A stretch of DNA of 64,000 nt, taken from an uncultured Bacteroidales bacterium (GTDB lineage Bacteria > Bacteroidota > Bacteroidia > Bacteroidales > UBA3824). Location: the NCBI GenBank assembly GCA_947168365.1, contig CAMVLO010000006.1, positions 4,833 through 68,832 on the forward strand. The letters run 5' to 3'. The stretch's first letter is position 1. Each line of letters starts with the position of its first letter. The notes below the pieces were generated by a model that saw nothing but the letters and a program-made list of their open reading frames with translations, ran no database searches and was not told the DNA's origin. This document shows positions 57,592 to 64,000 of this stretch, piece after piece. Made by a program: the position numbers and the translations under genes.

Positions 57592-58746
57592 TTAAGCCAA
57601 TCTGCTGCGAAGAATCTTTTCTACATGATCATAAGTTACAATACCGTGTTCTCCAAGTACAGCACCACGCTCACGGAATCTTCTAACAATCTCGTTGATA
57701 ACATCATCTCCAATATTATAATCGGACAATAATGTTTTGATTCCCAACGATTGGAAGAATTTTTCTGTAGCGTCGATAGTCTTGTCAACTATTTCGTCAT
57801 CGGTACCGGCTGTAATATTAAACACATTCTTACCAAGCATTATAATTTTTGCTTTCTTAGGTTCGCGCATTACTTTCATTGTGCCGGGCAAAACAATTGC
57901 AAGTGTTACACCGTGATCCAATCCGCAAAGCGCAGTCAATTCGTGTCCGATCATGTGAGTAGACCAGTCTTGATTGACACCCGGCGAAATAAAGAAATTC
58001 AATGCACAGGTAGCAGCCCACATATAATTTGCACATGAATCATAATCGGGTCTGTCAACCAAAACTTTCGGAGCAGTCTCAACAATAGTTTTCATTACAC
58101 CTTCAGCCCAACGGTCTTGTATCGGTGTATTGATATCGTCTGTAAGATATTGTTCAATTACATGGATAAAACTGTCTGCCAATCCGTTGGCTTTCTGACG
58201 TTTTGGAATAGAATATACTACTTCGGGATCAAGGATTGAAAATACCGGATATACCTTTGGTGAACCGAAATCGAATTTTTCTTTGGTAGCACGGCGCGAA
58301 ATCACAGCATTTGAATTCATCTCGCTACCGGTAGCCGGCATTGTTAAAACGCTTGCAAGCGGCAAACAATCGTTCGGAATTTGTTTTTTGGTGAGGATTT
58401 CCCATTCATCTCCTTGGTATTCTACTGCTGCGGCAATAAATTTGGTTCCGTCAATTACAGAGCCGCCACCTACTGCCAACAAAAATCCGACGCCCTCTTT
58501 ACGGCAAATATCTACGGCTTTCATCAATGTATCGAAATCCGGATTCGGTTCTATACCGCCAAATTCAATTACAGTAAAACCTTCAAGGGCTTTTTTTACT
58601 TGATCGTATACGCCGTTTTTCTTGATAGAGCCACCGCCGTATGTCATCATGATTTTTTCGCCTTTGTAGAGTAATTCACTCAATTGGGCGATTGTTCCTT
58701 TTCCAAAAACTATTTTGGTAGGATTCTGAAATACGAAATTGTTCAT
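57592..58746 (-). CDS. Iron-containing (group III) alcohol dehydrogenase, YqhD/butanol-DH-like
   Basis: 'MNNFVFQNPTKIVFGKG', 'LAVGGGSVIDGTKFIA' and 'HMIGHELTALCGLDHG'. The internal ATG 58746 is preferred over the listed 58812. Confidence 0.9.
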   Translation of the reverse strand: MNNFVFQNPTKIVFGKGTIAQLSELLYKGEKIMMTYGGGSIKKNGVYDQVKKALEGFTVIEFGGIEPNPDFDTLMKAVDICRKEGVGFLLAVGGGSVIDGTKFIAAAVEYQGDEWEILTKKQIPNDCLPLASVLTMPATGSEMNSNAVISRRATKEKFDFGSPKVYPVFSILDPEVVYSIPKRQKANGLADSFIHVIEQYLTDDINTPIQDRWAEGVMKTIVETAPKVLVDRPDYDSCANYMWAATCALNFFISPGVNQDWSTHMIGHELTALCGLDHGVTLAIVLPGTMKVMREPKKAKIIMLGKNVFNITAGTDDEIVDKTIDATEKFFQSLGIKTLLSDYNIGDDVINEIVRRFRERGAVLGEHGIVTYDHVEKILRSRLA

Positions 58747-58913
58747 TTGTTTGGTTTGAATTAAATTATAGTTTCTTCGGTCACAAATGTAATAAAAAAA
58801 GTTATAAACCAAAATTCACGGTATTTTTTTATAAAAATATTTTTTCTAACAAATACAAAAAAACCGGGAACTTGTTCAGAACCCGGCTTTAATATAGAAA
58901 TTGTGTTTATTTC

Positions 58914-61253
58914 CTACTGTTTTTTGTTCTTTTTACCGAAATTGATATTAAAACTCATCAACATCGACGGCAAGAACAAAAGATTGGTAAACATCGCAAC
59001 AAACAATGTGATGTCAATCAACAAACCAAGTGCCTGTGTACCGCCGAACTGTGAAAATACAAATATCAAGAATCCGATTAACAATATTGTTGCAGAGTAA
59101 ATGATACTTACTCCGGTTTCTCTCAACGCACCGATTACTGATTTTGGAGTATCGTAATTTGTAGTTTCAAGCTCGTGTTTAAACTTGGTAAACAAGTGAA
59201 TGGCATTGTCAACAGAAATACCGAATGCAATATTGAAAACCAAAATTGTAGAAGATTTCAATCGTATTCCTGTAAAACCCATAATAGCAGCTGTTACAAT
59301 CAACGGGATAAAGTTCGGTATAATACTGATAAATACCATTCTCCACGATTTGAACAATCCCACCATACAAAGCGAAATCAAGAATATCGCAAGCAACAAG
59401 GATTGTACAAGGTTGTCAATCAATTGCAACGAGCCGAAAGCAAATATCACCGAAGTTCCGGTAATATCACATTCATATTTTTTTTCAGGCGGGAAATAGT
59501 AATTCAAGATATTTTGAATACTGTCGGTAATTGCAACCATTCTGATAGTTCCGACATCAGCAATACGCATTTGAACTCTCGCACGAGAGAATGTAGAATC
59601 TACCATTGTTGTCATCAAATTACCCGCCATTGATGCTTTTTCTCCTCCGGCTTGATTTTTACTGTTTTGCAAAAAATCTTTCAAAAACAAGAAATCGGTT
59701 TTGGTAGGCATGCAATAAAAATCGTCATGATTGTTGTAATAAGCATGATTTACGATTTTCAAAGCGTCTACAAGCGAAGTACCGGTGCTCAAACAATTGA
59801 AATACTTGAGTGTATCTTCCAACGCTTCAATCTTTTTGAGTACATTGTAATCTGAAAGACCTTTTTTACGGTTGGTATTGATAGAAATTTCGAGCGGAAG
59901 AATACCGTTCATTTCTTTTTCAAAATACTTCAAGTCAACGTAAGTAGAATTGTGTTCCGGCAAATCGTCTACTTGGAAACTTTCGTTACGCAAAAGCGAC
60001 ATCCCGAAGATAGAAATCGCAACGATAGCAATAGTAGAGAAATAAATAAGTTTTCTCTTGTATTGTACCAAGTAAATAAATTTCTCTACGATGTTGTTAA
60101 CAAATTTTGTATCAAGATGTTTCAACTCTTTTTCTGTTGGCTCGGCAACATAGCTGAACACCGACGGCACCATCAAAACAGAAAGGAAAAACATCATAAT
60201 AATACCCATTGTAGCAATCAAACCAAACTCCATAAGCATTTCGTTGCCGGTAATAAGAAATGTTGCAAAACCGGCAGCTGTTGTCAAGTTGGTTAAAAAA
60301 GTAGCTTTACCAACCTGAGCAATTGTTTCATGCAGAGCTTGTTGTCTGTCGCGAAGTTTACGATAAACAACGTGATACTTGTTGAGAAGATATATCGTAT
60401 TCGGAACTCCAATTACGATAAGCAACGGAGCCAACATCCCGCTCATCATTGTCATCTCAAAACCGATAAGAGCCATGAGCGACATCGTCCAGATTACTCC
60501 GACAAATACGATAAGTACAGCCCAAAGCGTTGTTTTGATACTTCTGAAGAAAAGGAAGAATATTATGGTAACAATAATCAACGAAATAATTGCAAAAACT
60601 ACAAGTTCGTCTCTTACCATTATCATCAAACGTGAACGGGTATACGGCAAACCGGAGATATGACACGGTACATCAACATCTTGAGAGAAGTTTTGAACTT
60701 GACTTTCGATGTTTGCTACCATTACATCACGGGTTTTACAATAGATAATTTCAGGATCACAAGTTAAAGCCAATACAAAACAACTGTCAGTATAAAGCAT
60801 CTTGTTGTAAAACTTAAAATCTTTTACAACCTGAAACATCGAATCCAATTCGGCTTGGGTTTGAGGTTGAGGATCAAAAATCTTACGAGCCTTAAACATC
60901 ATGTTGACTGTATCTTTCTCGATTGTAATAGCATTAGTGTAAGCCAATACAGATTTTACACCGACAACATTTTTTAGAGAATCCTGAAGTACAAGCAATT
61001 TGCGATACTTCTCAAGTGTAAGAAAATCCTTGTTCTCAAATGCAACTACGATAAGACTTGCATCTTCGCCAAAGGTTTTTCTGAAATCAAGAAATTTCTG
61101 ATATGCAGTATCTTGCTCCCTCATCATAAGAGCAGTAGTATACTTCATACGCAGATTTTTCATATTAAATGCCATAAAAGCCGTAATGATTGCAATTACA
61201 ATCAAAATTACTTTTTTATGCTTTAGAATGACATCTGCAACTTTGTTCCACAT
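58914..61253 (-). CDS. RND-superfamily / MMPL-type transporter (two 6-TM bundles, sterol-sensing-like)
   Basis: 779 aa with two hydrophobic blocks, each preceded by a large soluble loop. Has a 'GISVDNAIHL'-type motif in the C-terminal bundle. Confidence 0.7.
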   Translation of the reverse strand: MWNKVADVILKHKKVILIVIAIITAFMAFNMKNLRMKYTTALMMREQDTAYQKFLDFRKTFGEDASLIVVAFENKDFLTLEKYRKLLVLQDSLKNVVGVKSVLAYTNAITIEKDTVNMMFKARKIFDPQPQTQAELDSMFQVVKDFKFYNKMLYTDSCFVLALTCDPEIIYCKTRDVMVANIESQVQNFSQDVDVPCHISGLPYTRSRLMIMVRDELVVFAIISLIIVTIIFFLFFRSIKTTLWAVLIVFVGVIWTMSLMALIGFEMTMMSGMLAPLLIVIGVPNTIYLLNKYHVVYRKLRDRQQALHETIAQVGKATFLTNLTTAAGFATFLITGNEMLMEFGLIATMGIIMMFFLSVLMVPSVFSYVAEPTEKELKHLDTKFVNNIVEKFIYLVQYKRKLIYFSTIAIVAISIFGMSLLRNESFQVDDLPEHNSTYVDLKYFEKEMNGILPLEISINTNRKKGLSDYNVLKKIEALEDTLKYFNCLSTGTSLVDALKIVNHAYYNNHDDFYCMPTKTDFLFLKDFLQNSKNQAGGEKASMAGNLMTTMVDSTFSRARVQMRIADVGTIRMVAITDSIQNILNYYFPPEKKYECDITGTSVIFAFGSLQLIDNLVQSLLLAIFLISLCMVGLFKSWRMVFISIIPNFIPLIVTAAIMGFTGIRLKSSTILVFNIAFGISVDNAIHLFTKFKHELETTNYDTPKSVIGALRETGVSIIYSATILLIGFLIFVFSQFGGTQALGLLIDITLFVAMFTNLLFLPSMLMSFNINFGKKNKKQ

Positions 61254-61271
61254 ATTTTAATTTTATAAATA

Positions 61272-62183
61272 TTAATCGATTTTGGCACTTACACTACCGA
61301 TATTTCTGCCGTCACAGAAAATATCTGCTTGATAATTACCGCCGTTTAAGACCTCACGCGAAATAATATAAATAACAGCGTTTTGAGTTTTGCCGTCGTA
61401 ATTAATTGTTTTCTTTGAAGAATAAGCGATTTCTTTGCCTTGATAATTGAAAAATCCCGAACTCTCGTTCATCAAAATACTTCCGTCCGGTTTTGAAAGA
61501 CGTACCAAAAGATCTTTAGAACCTTTTCTGGTCATCTCGTTTTCGTTCAAAGTAAAAGTAACTCTAAACTTCTGGGTTTTCAAGATTCTTGTAGTTTCGT
61601 TATCACGATCGTTGAGAGCCACAAGCTTCATACCTTGAGCTTTGAGAGCTTCGGCTTCTTTTACACGGCCTTGAAGTGAATCTTTTTGATTAGTAAGCTG
61701 ACGGTTTTCTGATTTAACATTAGTCAACTGACCTGTTAAACGATTGTTTTCAGCAATAAGGATTTGATTTTTGGTATTCAAACTATCAATCTGAACCACA
61801 AAACTTCGCATAATAGCACGCATAGTTTCTATCTCTGCCTTGTATCTGTTGATAGAATCGATATTAGAAGCCTTGGTTCTTCTGAGATCTCTCATAAGTT
61901 TTTCAACCTTAGCCTTTTGTTCTTCAAGTTGAGCATTGATAGTATCATTAGTGGTTTTCAAATCATTGTAATTAGCCACTATCAATTCCATTTCATGATT
62001 AAGCGAGTCTTTTTGGTGATTGCCAATCTCAATAGTTTCAACAAGTTTTTCGGCTTCTTCTTGTTTAGAATTGAGGTTTAAAAGAAGGGCTATAATAACA
62101 ACAGCCTCTACAATTACCAATGCCAACATCAATTTGTTGACACTTGTTTTTTTAGAATCTGATTCTTGCATAATATTTTTCAA
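61272..62183 (-). CDS. Hypothetical membrane-anchored coiled-coil protein
   Basis: N-terminal TM helix, about 150 aa of heptad-like coiled coil and a C-terminal beta-rich domain. It lies 18 nt upstream of the RND/MMPL gene on the same strand. Confidence 0.7.
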   Translation of the reverse strand: MKNIMQESDSKKTSVNKLMLALVIVEAVVIIALLLNLNSKQEEAEKLVETIEIGNHQKDSLNHEMELIVANYNDLKTTNDTINAQLEEQKAKVEKLMRDLRRTKASNIDSINRYKAEIETMRAIMRSFVVQIDSLNTKNQILIAENNRLTGQLTNVKSENRQLTNQKDSLQGRVKEAEALKAQGMKLVALNDRDNETTRILKTQKFRVTFTLNENEMTRKGSKDLLVRLSKPDGSILMNESSGFFNYQGKEIAYSSKKTINYDGKTQNAVIYIISREVLNGGNYQADIFCDGRNIGSVSAKID

Positions 62184-62331
62184 TCAAAAATAATTTATTT
62201 TTAGAACTAATTGTTTGGCGGCAAAAATATAAATAATTGACCAAATAAAAAAGCACATCAGCAGAGCTATAATGTTAACAAAAATAAAAAATGATTTTTT
62301 ACAATTTTTTATATTTTAGCTTCAACACTTT

Positions 62332-63693
62332 TTATTCTGCAATAATCTTAATCTTTTTCAATTTATCATAGACAACAGCTTCGTTATCTATTACAGGTAA
62401 AAATTCGCAAGTTGCATCTTTTACCTTTTCAATTTTATATTTTCCAACGATATTAGGCAGAATAAATTCTTTTGCCGAAGTTTTAAAACTTTTTTCCTCG
62501 CCATCCAAAGTATAAAAAACTTCATAAGGAGCAGTGCCGGAAAGATTGACTTTTAAACCCTCATCATCGAAACAAACGATTGAATTATTGAAAGTTGCTT
62601 GAGCTCGACATGATTTGTATCTGGGAATAAAAGGGAAACAAAATAAATTACTAAGACAATCCATTTTTACAATATTTTTAGTAATATTACCGGATTCAAT
62701 GCCATCTAGAATCATAATATAATCCCAATTTTGTTTATATACATATAATTGCCCATCCAAACCTAAAGCAATACTAAATTTTCCACCAGAAGAAATATCA
62801 TAAATAAAATCCGGATTTGTAAAACTAAAATCATAATCACTATAATATTTATAACCCTTTAACTTTCCTTCATCAATAATCATAAAATATTTATCTTTTT
62901 CAGAAAAAGCAATTGGATTAAAACTATTTAATTCTATTCTTTTAACTACTGAAACCTCATACGTATCCATATCATATTTTAAAACATAAAAAAAATCAGG
63001 GAATCTTAAAACAATAGTAGTATTATCTAAAGAATTAACAATACTAAAGTAAATTTCATATTTTAACAATACACCTTGCATAAACACCTCAGATACATTA
63101 ACAAGACTACAAGATTTGGAAGATAACTTATAAGTTTCAATTTGATAATGCTTATTATATTGTTTATAAGTTAAAAAAACAACATCATTATCTACAAAAA
63201 GAACATCTAAAAAAGCAGAATAGTAACCTTGATTATAAATAAACTCTTTCTCAAATATTCCAGATTCGTTGAATTTCAAGACATGCAACTCATTCTTAAT
63301 AATACTACCCCAAACAAAAGCAACATAATAACCGCCATCAGGAATTTTACAACCAATAACATTTTTTAAAACTCCCGCCCCATAAAACAAAATAGGTTTA
63401 TCCAAAGATTTACTATCGAAAATACAGAAACTATATTTTCCATCCTCTATAGGAACAAAACATCCATAAATCAATAACTTACCATTTTTATCAGAAAGAG
63501 CAACTGAAGGTGTAGTACAAAAACCCAATAAATTATTCAATCCTGTACAAGATAATTTAGCAGGAGAGAAATTAAAATCCAACAAAATACTTCCACTCAA
63601 CAACCAATTATTATATTCTTGAGCACTAACACATAAGGAATAGAAAAAGACTGTAATAAAAATTACAGTCTTAATTAAAGATAGTATTCTCAT
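62332..63693 (-). CDS. Hypothetical secreted protein (propeller-like N-terminal pattern)
   Basis: Signal peptide 'MRILSLIKTVIFITVFFYSLCVSAQ' when started at ATG 63693. 'EYNNWLLSGSILLDFNFSP' resembles the N-termini of Bacteroidota secreted propeller proteins. The DNA is very AT-rich. Confidence 0.65.
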   Translation of the reverse strand: MRILSLIKTVIFITVFFYSLCVSAQEYNNWLLSGSILLDFNFSPAKLSCTGLNNLLGFCTTPSVALSDKNGKLLIYGCFVPIEDGKYSFCIFDSKSLDKPILFYGAGVLKNVIGCKIPDGGYYVAFVWGSIIKNELHVLKFNESGIFEKEFIYNQGYYSAFLDVLFVDNDVVFLTYKQYNKHYQIETYKLSSKSCSLVNVSEVFMQGVLLKYEIYFSIVNSLDNTTIVLRFPDFFYVLKYDMDTYEVSVVKRIELNSFNPIAFSEKDKYFMIIDEGKLKGYKYYSDYDFSFTNPDFIYDISSGGKFSIALGLDGQLYVYKQNWDYIMILDGIESGNITKNIVKMDCLSNLFCFPFIPRYKSCRAQATFNNSIVCFDDEGLKVNLSGTAPYEVFYTLDGEEKSFKTSAKEFILPNIVGKYKIEKVKDATCEFLPVIDNEAVVYDKLKKIKIIAE

Positions 63694-63694
63694 C

Positions 63695-64000
63695 TTATTT
63701 ATACATAGGTTCAAAGACATAACGAACAGAAAAGCCAAACAAATCAGTCCACTCAATATTAATATAAGCAAAAAAATTACGATCTTTACCTTTATAATTC
63801 TCTACTAAACCACTCGAATTACCAATTTCTCTAGAAATCCATAATTGTTGATGATGATGATGATGAGTAAAACGAGCATTATCACAAAGCCTAATATGAG
63901 CTTCAATATCTTTCTTAATATACCATCCATTCACCCAATAATTCCACCATTTTTCTTCTTTTTGTACGGGATTACGAAAACCACCAAGAGTATGTAACCC
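63695..64000 (-). CDS. Hypothetical protein, 3' part only (continues beyond the window)
   Basis: The minus-strand frame is open from nt 64000 (GLHTLGGFRNPVQKEEKWWNYW...) through listed ORF 63695..63934, whose 'M' is a GTG. It contains a His5 run. Confidence 0.5.
   Translation of the reverse strand, partial: GLHTLGGFRNPVQKEEKWWNYWVNGWYIKKDIEAHIRLCDNARFTHHHHHQQLWISREIGNSSGLVENYKGKDRNFFAYINIEWTDLFGFSVRYVFEPMYK

Overview
This is a low-GC chromosomal segment that looks like Bacteroidota. Support comes from TAnnTTTG -7 promoter boxes, T9SS-type C-terminal domains, a GldM-like domain, an Rpn nuclease and DUF4834. About 50 genes are supportable. Positions 1-11.2 kb hold a surface-polysaccharide locus: GT14, GT32, GT4 and GT2 transferases, a Wzy-like polymerase and an MBOAT O-acetylation module. 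The rest is mostly housekeeping genes (ribE, proC, ahcY, hflX, ispG, gpmI, ruvC, tRNA-Glu, an S41 protease, dCMP deaminase, a polyprenyl synthase and an acyl-CoA ligase). Mixed in are envelope and secretion proteins and several ORFans. The most unusual region is a compact island at about 13.96-20.3 kb, lying between an orphan histidine kinase and ribE. It contains a 1-kb ORF-free stretch with seven exact-period 86-bp tandem units plus decayed copies, then a YafQ-type toxin-antitoxin pair, a cluster of REP-like palindromes and a complete Type III restriction-modification system (mod/res). The 86-bp units carry paired (G)ATGTCA boxes and a hairpin core. By eye they look like promoter-less, frame-broken paralogues of the antitoxin gene's 5' end. 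I cannot match this arrangement to a described system, so I flag it as the top candidate. All calls come from reading the sequence and translations. No database search or folding calculation was run.
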